DNA from: Candidatus Freyarchaeum deiterrae | GTDB lineage: Archaea; Asgardarchaeota; Jordiarchaeia; Jordiarchaeales; Jordiarchaeaceae | Assembly: GCA_037305845.1 (NCBI GenBank) | Contig: CP147778.1 | Location: 480,001 to 544,000 of the forward strand | Direction: 5' to 3' | Length of the DNA: 64,000 nt | Part shown: in pieces, positions 9,907 to 20,343 of the stretch | Layout of the letters: each line of letters opens with the position of its first letter | Numbering within the stretch: position 1 is the stretch's first letter | Position numbers and translations under genes: made by a program | The notes under the pieces: model-generated | Database searches by the model: none | What the model saw: only the letters and a program-made list of their open reading frames with translations | Told to the model about the DNA's origin: nothing

Positions 9907-11886
9907 CTATTGACTCATTTTAGCTGCTTCGGTTAATCCCTCGGTACGGACTTTTTGATGAACATGAATGTTTTTGGGTGCGGTTGAGGTTGTGGGTGAG
10001 GGTGCGGATTCGGTTTCAGGTTTAGGTGTGGTTCTGGTTTTTGTTTTGGCCTTTGTTTGTGTTGTTAGTGTCTGTTGGGACTCCCTTTTCTCTTGTCGCG
10101 ATATTTTTCTTTCGGTTGAGTTTACCATTGCTTCAATGTTTTTGTACACTTCTTCATAGGTGGGTTTGACCTCTAATTCTGGATCGGATTGCTCTACCGC
10201 AACCAGGGACCTGGCAAACACTGCCGCGTGTTCTAGTAGCATCTTTGCTCTCTCCATTTTTCTGCTTTCGACTTCTCCCTTTGTTATATGTGACTTGAGC
10301 TTTCTACCCAGCTCCTCGAGAGCGAGTTTAACCTCTCTAACTAGTATATCGTCCGCAGCCAGAGCTTGTTTGCTTTGGGCTTTGAACATAACGTGTACAA
10401 ACGGACCACTGACATTGACAAAGAGCTTCACTGGTCCGCGGGGCAGTCCGTTTTCACCCCTGTCAATCTTGTAGTTTTTCCAGTTTACGCTCGCCGCAGC
10501 CTTCCATATTGCGCAGTCCGAGTTGTCCCTAAGTTTTGGGGTGCGGTTTGTGAATCGGTTTAGAACCATGTTACCAAAATCGTTTGAATTGTTATTCGTA
10601 TCGTAGGCAATTGCTGCCTCCACGACAAAGGCTAACCCTTTGCTGCTTGTAGGGGGGCGGGTAACAGCTTCTACGAACTCCGCATTGATGTTCTTCTTTA
10701 TAACTTCCTGAAGTACCTCTTTTCCAACAGGTACAACAGTGTCTACGGGAGGCGAAGGATACTTCATGCTTATGAAAGATCTATAGAGTGCGTTTATCTG
10801 ATCGTCGCTCAGCTTCTTGACTTGTGAGTTGGGCGTCAGTTTAGACCGAAGTCCAACGTTCGCGTTTTCAATTATATCCTTGGCTCTTTTGCTCCCTATT
10901 CTGCAGAAGGAGGTAGTAAGATAATCAACCACCCTCGAAGTCTTTGTGTTCCTAATTAACTCCTGAAAATCACCTATACTTGTGGACTCAGGGTGGGGTT
11001 CCGTGTAAACGGGTTCCACGGGGAACATCGAAACACGTCTTGGATAGATTGCCACCTCTCCAATAGGATCTACAAAGATAAGTGTTATGTGACTATTTAG
11101 GAGGGAGGTTTGGCGGATGTATTCATCAGCATAACCTCTAACATATTTAACGTTTAGATACCAGAGTTGCACGTATGTTCCGTGCTTGAAGGGAACAACA
11201 ACTCCCGTGGGTTCAATGGTGTACTTTTTCTTATTCTCACCGGTTGTGTAGAAAACCGAGAGTTCTCCCTTCTTTTCTTTTATATGTTTACTAATTACAG
11301 TAATGGGCCTTCCTGTGGTGTTTTGAGCGTCGCTGAAAGCGCTGGGCGCTCCAAAACCTTGGCTTCCCCTTGTTTGTCTTAACTTTTCCGCTTTACTTGA
11401 GGCCAAGTATATTCCATACTTCTCAAGGTCTACGGGACGTATACCGGAGCCGTTGTCGAAGGCCTCAAAAGAATACATCTCAATATCGGAGCCCTGAATA
11501 TCGTCGGGCAGTATCTCGGGCTTCTCAACTTTATGAATCATGATGAGAGCGATGGGCTCATCGTTTATTATATCTTTAAGAGGTTCAAGAATCTCTTTTA
11601 ATCTAGCAGAGATTGTGGCAGCCTTGAGTTTTCCCCCGTTTCCTTCCCAGGGGAAGGATGGGTACTCTATGATAGGGCTCTCGGAGCTCAGGTCCTTGAA
11701 GAGTTTATGCTTCCAATGAGCTGCTTCAATAGCGTCAAGGGAGTTATCTAGGAATTCTGCGGCGTACTGTGTGTGTTTGTGACGCTCTATTGAGAACCCC
11801 ACCAGCTGGGTTCTCTTTCTCATAAATTGAGCTATGTTTCCTTCTTTGATTTCGCCTTTGGAACCGGATTCCGACATTCTAATCAT
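9907..11886 (-). CDS. top6B: DNA topoisomerase VI subunit B
   Basis: GHKL motifs EFLDNSLDA, DNGSGI, QTRGSQGFG, HGT; PHP, WKNY, KQAL transducer; start may be 11877. Confidence 0.95.
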   Translation of the reverse strand: MIRMSESGSKGEIKEGNIAQFMRKRTQLVGFSIERHKHTQYAAEFLDNSLDAIEAAHWKHKLFKDLSSESPIIEYPSFPWEGNGGKLKAATISARLKEILEPLKDIINDEPIALIMIHKVEKPEILPDDIQGSDIEMYSFEAFDNGSGIRPVDLEKYGIYLASSKAEKLRQTRGSQGFGAPSAFSDAQNTTGRPITVISKHIKEKKGELSVFYTTGENKKKYTIEPTGVVVPFKHGTYVQLWYLNVKYVRGYADEYIRQTSLLNSHITLIFVDPIGEVAIYPRRVSMFPVEPVYTEPHPESTSIGDFQELIRNTKTSRVVDYLTTSFCRIGSKRAKDIIENANVGLRSKLTPNSQVKKLSDDQINALYRSFISMKYPSPPVDTVVPVGKEVLQEVIKKNINAEFVEAVTRPPTSSKGLAFVVEAAIAYDTNNNSNDFGNMVLNRFTNRTPKLRDNSDCAIWKAAASVNWKNYKIDRGENGLPRGPVKLFVNVSGPFVHVMFKAQSKQALAADDILVREVKLALEELGRKLKSHITKGEVESRKMERAKMLLEHAAVFARSLVAVEQSDPELEVKPTYEEVYKNIEAMVNSTERKISRQEKRESQQTLTTQTKAKTKTRTTPKPETESAPSPTTSTAPKNIHVHQKVRTEGLTEAAKMSQ

Positions 11887-12370
11887 CTCTCATGCTTTTC
11901 TTCATATTGGTAGCAAACACGGAATTATTAACACTTATAATCTCGACAATTCGATATAAAAAGTGTTTGTACCATGCGAAATTTACAATAGTTTCACATA
12001 ATATGGTAGATTTCCCAAATTTTAAACCTTTTTACAAGAAACAAGTTGAAATAAGAATATTTTTTTCCAATTATTTTAAGTTAATCATAAATACATATAT
12101 AATTCCAGATGCACATCTTAGCAATTAATATAAATACTTTCATTATATACATATAATTCTAAAGATATTAAATACGATTAATTAAATAATATGTTACAAA
12201 AAGTATTCAAAGTTAAAAATAATTACTTAACTAAAAATTTTTCTCACCTGCATGAAAACAGATAGACAAACTCACTTTCCTATCTAATACACGTAGATAA
12301 TGTTGGAGGGTAGTTGTCCTTTCTCTCAGTCTCAATTACTTATTTAATTTAGGAGTGCTTTTTATCTCTG

Positions 12371-13588
12371 TTAAATATTGAACAAGTCCACTATATCCAA
12401 AACTGCTATATTCTCTTTTTCAGCTATTGAAAGTAGATTGTTTTCACAGAAGGGGCAAACAGTTACTATGTAATCCGCTCCAACTTCCTTTGCATCTTCC
12501 ACTCTTACTCTAGCTATTTCTGAAGCGAGATCCGGAAACGCAGATTTTACTCCTCCACCCGCTCCACAGCACCAGGCGGCTGTTCGGTTGCGTTTCATTT
12601 CCACAAAGTCTATACCTGGAACCTGTTTTATTATTTCGCGTGGAGGGTCAAAGAAATCGCAGTGGCGTCCCAAATGGCAAGGATCATGATAGGTTAATCT
12701 CTTCCCCTTGAAATCATTTCTGAGGCTCAGCTTTCCTTCTTTTAGTAGCCGCTCTAGTATCTCGGTTACGTGAACCACCTTGAAGGGTAATTCTTTTCCG
12801 TAGATTTCGGGGTAGTCTTTTTTGAGTGTTCTGTAGCATCCTGCGCAGTGTACCACCACTTCTTTGGCTTCGGCGTCCTGTAGTGCTTGAATGTTGTGTA
12901 AAACTAGTTTTTCTCCCAGCTCGCGCATACCCGTTCGCAGTGCCACTGAGCCGCAGCAATACTCTTCAGGATGTATCACAGCCGGTGTAACTCCCCCTGA
13001 AATCAGCAGTTTTATAGTTTTTTGGATGAGTTCGGGTTGCCTGTAGGGTTCGGTGCACCCCATAAAGAGTACTAGGTCGCCTTTGGATGGCAGTTCTACT
13101 CCTTCGGGTATCCAATCAATTCGTTTCTCGTGGGGTTCCATGTAGGGATTGTGCTGTTTTTCGCACCATTCCAGAACTTCCCTTTGTCGGGGCATTGGTC
13201 CGTAGCCTGCATCTACTAGGTCTGCTCGTAGTGCCTCGTAAATCTTTACGTGGTCGAGGTATCGGCCTATGTTGAGGCTGATGTTGGGGTCCATGGATTG
13301 GTGGCATGTTGCGTGGCAGTCGCCGCATGTGGTGCACTGGTATATGGCGTTGGCTAGCTCCTGGCTGGGCTTCAGTTTTCCCTCCAAGAGTCCGCGTATT
13401 ATCTGCATTTTTCCCCGCGCAAAGAAGGGCTCGAACCCCGGGGTTTGCTCCAGCACCGGGCAGACCTTGTATCTGCCTACCGTGTATCTGACTGCTGTGC
13501 GGCAGTCTCCGCAGGCGATGCATCCTATCGCTATGTCTCCGAGTTTTTTGAGGTGCCTCAGTTTCTCCACTTGTTGGGTTTTAGTCAT
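12371..13588 (-). CDS. HdrD/GlcF/GlpC-like Fe-S oxidoreductase (2x4Fe-4S + 2 CCG domains)
   Basis: CIACGDC, CTTCGDC, YCCG, CAGC, YHDPCHLGR, WCCGAGGG, CPFC. Confidence 0.9.
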   Translation of the reverse strand: MTKTQQVEKLRHLKKLGDIAIGCIACGDCRTAVRYTVGRYKVCPVLEQTPGFEPFFARGKMQIIRGLLEGKLKPSQELANAIYQCTTCGDCHATCHQSMDPNISLNIGRYLDHVKIYEALRADLVDAGYGPMPRQREVLEWCEKQHNPYMEPHEKRIDWIPEGVELPSKGDLVLFMGCTEPYRQPELIQKTIKLLISGGVTPAVIHPEEYCCGSVALRTGMRELGEKLVLHNIQALQDAEAKEVVVHCAGCYRTLKKDYPEIYGKELPFKVVHVTEILERLLKEGKLSLRNDFKGKRLTYHDPCHLGRHCDFFDPPREIIKQVPGIDFVEMKRNRTAAWCCGAGGGVKSAFPDLASEIARVRVEDAKEVGADYIVTVCPFCENNLLSIAEKENIAVLDIVDLFNI

Positions 13589-15092
13589 TCTTGTCTTCCT
13601 CCGGACTGTAGAAGTGGAACTTGCCTGGGCTTAGCAGAAAGTTGGGATCCACTGTTCTCTTCGTGTCTTTGAAGAACTTGGTGAACTGTGGTTGGAAGGC
13701 GTTGGCTTCCATTATGGCTTGGCTTATGACCTCGCCCAGCCAGTAGTGCACTCCTCCGTATTCTACTTGGAAGTGTAGTCTATCCTTCCATAACTTCAGG
13801 TTGGTTTCTCTCATCTCGGGCTTGTTCCATGCGCTCATGCCTCCAACGATTACGCACTCCCCTCTTGGCATTACGTAAACTACTGCTGCTGTAGCTGGAG
13901 CCGCCATAGCGTTTGAATATTCCTGCGCCTTTTGAAGCGTGTACATATCTGAAACTTTAAAAACCTGTGGCATCTGGTCGATGGGAACCTTGTGACAGGT
14001 GGTGCAGCTGAAGTGACCCGGCATAACGCCGAAAACCCCGTGGAAGTACTGCCACTGACCCTGCTTTTTACCCACCCATTCTGCAATATTCCCCTCCTTG
14101 AGTGAAGGACCGAGTTCAACCACGTCAGGTTTCTTGAATTCCTCGTGAACAGTATCTCTCGCAATCTCAAACATCTTCTCGTTATCCGCTTCTATCCCAA
14201 CCATCATTATGGGTTTTGCGAGCATAAGGTCTTTCCAAGGCTTAACGACCTCGCTAAGCGAATAAATCATAACCACCGACGATGGCGTAATAGTTATATC
14301 CGAAACTCCCCAGCTGCACCTACGCTGAAGCGCGTGGCTAACTTTAGCCATGAATTCGTAGTCATCCGGGACAACGAAGGTGTATCCTTCTCTATACTCG
14401 GGCAGCGGGTAAATCTTCATAACCGCCTTGGTTTTGATGCCCATAGTTCCCACATCACCCATAAAGAGACCTGTAAAATCCGGACACATTCCCCATCTGG
14501 TGAAGGGTTTCTTAACGTACCTACTTGCACCGGAACCAGTGTTGATAATGTCTCCCTCAGGATTGGGAAGAACTACTTCTACTCCTATACAGTTATCAGA
14601 AACGGGGCCATACTTTGTGGAGCCGAAACCGATGGTGTTGTTTGAGAGCCCCCCGCCGATGGTGGCGCTCATACCGGAGCCCGGTCCCTCAACCCCGGTG
14701 GTGTAGCCCTTTTTGTGGAGAAACTCTATCAGTTCGCCCCACGTGATGCCGCACTCTACTACAACATTTCCCACGTCCTCGTTAAGTTCAACAACCCTGT
14801 TCATTCGCGTGAGATCAATGACAATTCCTCCCTCCACTATGGGTTTCGAGCCTCCCACGAGGTCTGCTCCGCCACCCCTCGGAACCATGGAAATCTTGTA
14901 CTTGTTCGCCACCCTGACAATGTGCGAAACCTCTTCTGCGGTTCCTGGGCGAACCACAATATCTGGCCATCTATCGGGCAGCGCGGGATCCACGTTTCGG
15001 GAATAAGCTTGCCTTACAAAATCCTTATCGGAAATGTAATCCGCTCCCAACGCATCCTCTATTTCCTTATACACTTTTTCCGTAACTAACAA
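13581..15092 (-). CDS. FAD-binding oxidoreductase, VAO/GlcD family
   Basis: PRGGG, IDLTRMN, ATIGG, GTMGIKT, DPNFLLSPGK; start reassigned to TTG at 15092 after GAGGTG. Confidence 0.85.
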   Translation of the reverse strand: MLVTEKVYKEIEDALGADYISDKDFVRQAYSRNVDPALPDRWPDIVVRPGTAEEVSHIVRVANKYKISMVPRGGGADLVGGSKPIVEGGIVIDLTRMNRVVELNEDVGNVVVECGITWGELIEFLHKKGYTTGVEGPGSGMSATIGGGLSNNTIGFGSTKYGPVSDNCIGVEVVLPNPEGDIINTGSGASRYVKKPFTRWGMCPDFTGLFMGDVGTMGIKTKAVMKIYPLPEYREGYTFVVPDDYEFMAKVSHALQRRCSWGVSDITITPSSVVMIYSLSEVVKPWKDLMLAKPIMMVGIEADNEKMFEIARDTVHEEFKKPDVVELGPSLKEGNIAEWVGKKQGQWQYFHGVFGVMPGHFSCTTCHKVPIDQMPQVFKVSDMYTLQKAQEYSNAMAAPATAAVVYVMPRGECVIVGGMSAWNKPEMRETNLKLWKDRLHFQVEYGGVHYWLGEVISQAIMEANAFQPQFTKFFKDTKRTVDPNFLLSPGKFHFYSPEEDKND

Positions 15093-15114
15093 AAAATTCA
15101 CCTCAAATTTGAGC

Positions 15115-15873
15115 CTAGTAACTTCGATTGTACACGAAAGGCAGATATTTCTCGGTATCCTCCCCAACCACTCTAAGAAGAACGGTTCCTTTAGACATTT
15201 TGGGCGTTCCTAGAGTGTAAATCATACCCATGTTCGTTACTGGTTCTATTTCGTAGAGGGGGTCTTTCTCCGATTTTTCAAAACTAATGGTTCCCGTTGC
15301 AGTGTGTACTTCCTTGGGTTCTGTGGTGATGTCGATTGCAAGAATTTCTGCCAAGCTTAGACCCTCCACGTCCGGGCTTGGAAACACCCTGAGGGAGAAT
15401 GTTGGTCCGAAACTCATGGTGCCCTCCATACTGCCTGTCAGAGTGCCCTTCATATCAACTATTTTGATGCCTTCCCTCTCTAATGTTCCCTTAACCTTGT
15501 CTCCATCCCTTTTCAGTTCTATTTTGGCTATCTTCTTGGGAAGCCCGTAAATCTCTCTCCCCCCGATCATAGCCGCGTCATTGTCAACATACATACAGGG
15601 GCAATATACTCCGTCAATGTTCCCCTGTTCTCCCGGGAAACTGGCTTGAACAAACATCGCAGACTCATTATACTTTACACCGAAGTTCGACTCGGGATAC
15701 TTTGCAATGAATACAAGTACTATTCCTTCCTTTCCAGCCTCTAGTGGCGGAGGAAGAATCTTCTGAATGGTTTCACGTTTCGAAAGGTAAATGGAGGCTA
15801 GAATCTGTGCGTTAGGCCATATATAGGGCGGCTTGGGTATGATTTCCTCGAAATCTTCTCGATAAAAACTCAA
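15115..15873 (-). CDS. acetoacetate decarboxylase-like (Adc) family protein
   Basis: LPPPLE, YNES, GGREIYGLPKK; paralogue of 5340..6140; first gene of a three-gene operon. Confidence 0.8.
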   Translation of the reverse strand: MSFYREDFEEIIPKPPYIWPNAQILASIYLSKRETIQKILPPPLEAGKEGIVLVFIAKYPESNFGVKYNESAMFVQASFPGEQGNIDGVYCPCMYVDNDAAMIGGREIYGLPKKIAKIELKRDGDKVKGTLEREGIKIVDMKGTLTGSMEGTMSFGPTFSLRVFPSPDVEGLSLAEILAIDITTEPKEVHTATGTISFEKSEKDPLYEIEPVTNMGMIYTLGTPKMSKGTVLLRVVGEDTEKYLPFVYNRSY

Positions 15874-16027
15874 AACTACCTCACCTCTACCAAGAAATAC
15901 TAAACATTATAAAATTGAATTATTTGATAGTTTATTATTATACTCTAGTTATACGAAATAAAAAGGTTTATGACGAAAAACAAATTTTGACTGGTTAAAA
16001 TTTGGATCGGATAACCTGAACTTCTAC

Positions 16028-16246
16028 TTATCGCTTCTTATGCAATTTGTCGTAGCGTTTGTTAACTTGGTAGCATCCTCTGTTCTCCTCGTTTGCGAAT
16101 ACGCAAAGCTGCCCAGGGTGCTCGATGCTGTAATTGTAGCAGAAATGGCACATCGACTTTCCGGCTCCTAATTTTTTACTGGCGTTTTCCAGACGTATTT
16201 CTTCGCATAATCTGAGGGCAATATCTTTGGGTATTGCATCTTTCAC
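16028..16246 (-). CDS. small Cys-rich hypothetical protein
   Basis: 72 aa, five Cys incl. CHFC; GGAG upstream of GTG. Confidence 0.6.
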   Translation of the reverse strand: MKDAIPKDIALRLCEEIRLENASKKLGAGKSMCHFCYNYSIEHPGQLCVFANEENRGCYQVNKRYDKLHKKR

Positions 16247-16403
16247 TCTTCATTACTCCTTTCACTTATTATTTGGTAGTTATTTATGAAAAGCAAAATT
16301 CTTGGAAGTAAATACTAATATTACAATTTTCAAAAATGGAAATATAGTTTAGAAAAGGCATTCTATTTAATTATTTTTGCTATTCCCTTTTGGTTGGGTG
16401 CTT

Positions 16404-16967
16404 CTATCCTGACAGATGTTTGTCGTAGACTGCCTGAATTCTTTGCATCAGCTCCGCGACATCTTCTGGGTTCATATCGGCCATTATTGCCTCTGTGAGT
16501 TCCCTGATATCTTCCATTTTTTCTCGGGATTCCTGCGATATGTTTATGATAGTTTGTGTGTTTCCGGAGCCGCCCATCATTTGTTGCATCATCTTGTTCA
16601 TGAGGTCCATGCCTTCGCCGGTCATCATCTGCTCCATTATTTTTCCAATCAATCCCATTCCTGCACCCATAATCTGACTAATGTCTTCTGGTGGTCCTCC
16701 TCCCTTAAACATGTCCTGCATATTTTGCAATTTCGCCATATCCTCTGGTGATAGTGAAGAGAACACCTTGTCCATCATTTTTTGCATGTTTTCCATGTTT
16801 TCTCCGCTGAATAGATTATCCATCATCTGTGGGGAGGCTGACATCATAGCATGCTTATCTTCCTCAGGGAGCTCCGAGAGTATTTGATCGATTCTATTCT
16901 CTAGATATGCCATCTTTTCTTCTTTGGACATTTTTTTGATTTTCTTAATTTCGTCGTCAGTAACCAA
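16404..16967 (-). CDS. methionine-rich helical hypothetical protein
   Basis: about 29 Met in 187 aa; GAGGTGA before TTG. Confidence 0.7.
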   Translation of the reverse strand: MVTDDEIKKIKKMSKEEKMAYLENRIDQILSELPEEDKHAMMSASPQMMDNLFSGENMENMQKMMDKVFSSLSPEDMAKLQNMQDMFKGGGPPEDISQIMGAGMGLIGKIMEQMMTGEGMDLMNKMMQQMMGGSGNTQTIINISQESREKMEDIRELTEAIMADMNPEDVAELMQRIQAVYDKHLSG

Positions 16968-17276
16968 AACTTTTCACCTCAGACAATATTTTCATAGTCT
17001 AATGGGGGTAATAACTCTTTTTAGTCTATTTTATTATAGCTTATCCACAGAAACAGTGTAGAAATCTCTTGCTCCTAGGGGGGATTGGAAAGGTATTTGT
17101 CGAAAGCTCTTTAATAGAGAGGAAAAAACTCACTTAACTTTCTGCATTTGTCTTTGGTGGGAAACCTTTTTCGTACTCAAAATTTATACTAAAAGGGAAG
17201 AATGAAAATTAAATATTTAAATAATAATGTAAAAGTTCTTAAGATAAACGTAGAATGAGTATTTGAGGTTGTCAAA

Positions 17277-18209
17277 TTGAGTGAAGGCTTCTTTGAGCGG
17301 AATAGGTTTCTGATTTATCTTATCATACTTGTTTTCAGCTGGGGCGCTATAACCTTTCTTTTAGACCCACTCTTGGATGAGTTATACACCTTCGTTCCAG
17401 TTCCCATATCCGAGTACTACCCCCTATCTGGGTTCACGGCTTACCTCTCCGTAGGAAGAATCTGGAGTTTCCTACTTTTGGGAGGCGTAGGCACCGTAAT
17501 GTTTTACTTAATTTTTAGAGAAATACTCGCTCAGCCTCCGGAGACCGAGAGAACCAAAAGGACTCAAATCTTGGTTGAGATTATTTTCATGGTTTTCATA
17601 TTCATATTCGTCGGCGGACTGGGCATGCACTACGTAGCAAATGAACTCCACGTTTACACTTCTCTCTTCTCTCTAGTATTGCCCTATACACCATTCACGA
17701 TAGACCCCCTAACGTTTACTAATAACCTAAATTATTTGGTGTACTTTTTCGATGAAGTTTTAGGACATAAACTCATATTCCTAGGAATATTTGGTTTCAT
17801 AGTTATGGGAACCATTCTTCAAACAAAGCACAAATATCAAAGAATTTTCACTCGCAGGGACTACTTTATATACGGGTTCCTAGGCCTACTTTTCGGCTTG
17901 GGAATGGGAGTGAGCACTGTTGAAGGACAAGCAGCATTCGAAACAATAATCTTCTCCGCCTCCATCATAATTATAATGTTAATATTACTAGCAACAAAGA
18001 AAGTACGACTGGCCGAAACAAATGGAAAAACTGTAAAATCAACCCCCTTCTACCCATTCTCCCTCCTATTCTTCGTTGGCATCGTAATCGCCATAATAGG
18101 TTGCGCCCTTTATTTCGGAACCATGCCAGCATACCCCTTTTTCATTCAACCCTCCCAGAAGGCGTTAATAAACACAGAAATACTACAATACATCCTCTCA
18201 ACCCTTTAA
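17277..18209 (+). CDS. multi-pass membrane protein
   Basis: about 7-8 hydrophobic segments; intramembrane polar motifs GMHYVAN, FFDEVLGH, TVEGQ suggest a metal site. Confidence 0.7.
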   Translation: MSEGFFERNRFLIYLIILVFSWGAITFLLDPLLDELYTFVPVPISEYYPLSGFTAYLSVGRIWSFLLLGGVGTVMFYLIFREILAQPPETERTKRTQILVEIIFMVFIFIFVGGLGMHYVANELHVYTSLFSLVLPYTPFTIDPLTFTNNLNYLVYFFDEVLGHKLIFLGIFGFIVMGTILQTKHKYQRIFTRRDYFIYGFLGLLFGLGMGVSTVEGQAAFETIIFSASIIIIMLILLATKKVRLAETNGKTVKSTPFYPFSLLFFVGIVIAIIGCALYFGTMPAYPFFIQPSQKALINTEILQYILSTL

Positions 18210-18515
18210 GCAGAAAAAAACAATAAGCAGAGGAATATTCTCTCTGCCCTTTTTTAAAGAAAAATCAGGATGAATTACTTGGAGTTTTTAGATGAAACTC
18301 AATGAACCAGTTTCTACTCTTCAAAATTGAAGCGTATATTAATATTTTATATTTAATAAATAATAAATATAGAAACATATTAATAGACCCTAAACAATCA
18401 TTAGATTAGTGAGTGTTAGAAAGGGAAAGAGTAATCATTATCGAAAACTTAGCTGAACCGACTTCCCAATTTTGTTAAGCTTACGCCTGAAAAATGAAAG
18501 AGGTGTATTGAAAGA

Positions 18516-18986
18516 ATGCCACAAATAAATTCTTTCTACAATGCCGTAATTTTCGGCACATTACTCAGCGCCGCAGATAAAATAGGAATGAAACCCATGA
18601 TACTCGGAAGACAAGCATCCAAAATATTAAAACCCCTAATAGGAACTCTCGCCCAAAAGGCTATTGGTAAAGATCCACCATCAAACATGGAGGAGCTTAT
18701 TGAAGCTATAAAAGAGATTGCAAAGAATAGCGGATTAACAGAGTCAAATAACTTGGAAATGAATTTCTCTGGAAACTGTCTCAGCGTAAAAGGAACTGAC
18801 TGCATGTACTCAGAGATGGCTGAGTATGGAAAGTCCATAGGATACGATGCTTGCCCTGTGTGCGTTACGGGTGTTGTTTTAATGAGCATCATCGGTGCCC
18901 TAGGTTTCGGTGAAGTTATAGATTTAAAAATAGAAAACAGTGGAAAAACTTGCTTGAGCAAAATGGTATTAGATCAAAGCAAATGA
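18516..18986 (+). CDS. V4R-like small-molecule-binding protein
   Basis: TDCMY, ACPVC, KTC Cys pattern; GAGGTG SD. Confidence 0.55.
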   Translation: MPQINSFYNAVIFGTLLSAADKIGMKPMILGRQASKILKPLIGTLAQKAIGKDPPSNMEELIEAIKEIAKNSGLTESNNLEMNFSGNCLSVKGTDCMYSEMAEYGKSIGYDACPVCVTGVVLMSIIGALGFGEVIDLKIENSGKTCLSKMVLDQSK

Positions 18987-19059
18987 AAAGCCCGTGTGAA
19001 CGGTTCCAGTTTTTGCAGGGGTTTTCTTATTTCTGCTTCAGGTGTCTAGAATAAAATTA

Positions 19060-19428
19060 TTATTTCTTATTCGATATTGGAATTACACATAGAAAAGTGA
19101 ATGTTTCTTTACCCTGATTTTCGTATCCGTGTTTCTCGTTTGGGGGAACGAACAAAACATCTCCGGGACCCGCTATGGTTTCAAAGCCTTTATCGTTGAA
19201 GATTCGAGCTTTCCCTGACAAGACGTAAATCTCATGTTCTTCTGGATGATTGTGCAAGCCTATGTTGCCACCAGGTTTGATCTCAAAGCGGCGCATTGCA
19301 TACTTCAGAGCCCCGTCCTTCTCGGTTATGAGCCAGCGTATTGTAGTTTTGGTAGAACCCGCAGTAGTAACCTTTTCTTCCGCAACATCACTATAATTCT
19401 TCTTAAGCATATCAACCACGAACCACAA
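19060..19428 (-). CDS. cupin domain protein
   Basis: HNHPEEHEIYVLSG and GDVLFVPPNEKH. Confidence 0.9.
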   Translation of the reverse strand: MWFVVDMLKKNYSDVAEEKVTTAGSTKTTIRWLITEKDGALKYAMRRFEIKPGGNIGLHNHPEEHEIYVLSGKARIFNDKGFETIAGPGDVLFVPPNEKHGYENQGKETFTFLCVIPISNKK

Positions 19429-19531
19429 TTGATATATGAGGCATATATCCTTAACCCTTGAATTAAAAGGTGAACAGCGTTAACTCTTAAGATGCTAAAA
19501 GAATAGTTTCAAAACAAATTTCTCAAAAAAA

Positions 19532-20341
19532 TTAGAACATAAAACTGCAATCTATACCATTACACTCTTTCAAGATTCTTGTTTTAAATTGCTGATAATA
19601 ACTCTCCGGGTTTTCCATAACTTCAATAAATTCATCCATAATCTTTGGTTCAAATTTCTCCAACGTTGCTATAATAGGTTTCCAGTTCCCACACTTTATA
19701 TTCAGTGTATCAAAAAGCAAGTATCCAGCATTACCTCTCTCAGCGCTTTCCAAAATACCCTCCACATTTCTCTCAGTTATCAAGGGAATTACTGGCGCAA
19801 CAAAAACATATGTTTTGATCCCGTTTTTTCCAAGGGTTTCTAACGCGTCAAATCTTCTTTCAACACTGGGTGCCCCTGGCTCAATAAATCCTCTAAAACT
19901 CTCATCAAAATGAGAAACGGAAAACCCCACTTCAATGTTCTTCACTTTCTTAATAACATCCAAATCTCTAACTATCAAGTCAGACTTTGTTAAAATATCA
20001 ACCCTAAAATCATTATGCTTTGCTAGTTCCTCCAAAATTTTCCTAGTAAGCTCGTATCTCTTTTCCAGCTCCTGATAAGAATCACAAACACTGCTCAAAA
20101 GAACAGTGCCCGGTTTTTTCCTCTTAATTTCTTTCGCCAGTACAGTTGGGGCGTTAATTTTGGCATGAACAAAATTTCCCCAAGGTTGCTTAGTCTTCGC
20201 ATACCTCATCATGAAACGAGCGTAACAATAAACACACCCATGAGAGCAACCAACGTAGGGATTTATTGAATAATCTACCCCGCCTATTCCACTTTGACTC
20301 AAAATGCTTTTACAAAAAATTTCTTTTACTTCTTCTATCAC
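19532..20341 (-). CDS. radical SAM protein, SplB-like archaeal DNA-repair family
   Basis: INPYVGCSHGCVYCYA, ILTKS, EPGAPS. Confidence 0.85.
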   Translation of the reverse strand: MIEEVKEIFCKSILSQSGIGGVDYSINPYVGCSHGCVYCYARFMMRYAKTKQPWGNFVHAKINAPTVLAKEIKRKKPGTVLLSSVCDSYQELEKRYELTRKILEELAKHNDFRVDILTKSDLIVRDLDVIKKVKNIEVGFSVSHFDESFRGFIEPGAPSVERRFDALETLGKNGIKTYVFVAPVIPLITERNVEGILESAERGNAGYLLFDTLNIKCGNWKPIIATLEKFEPKIMDEFIEVMENPESYYQQFKTRILKECNGIDCSFMF

Positions 20342-20343
20342 GG

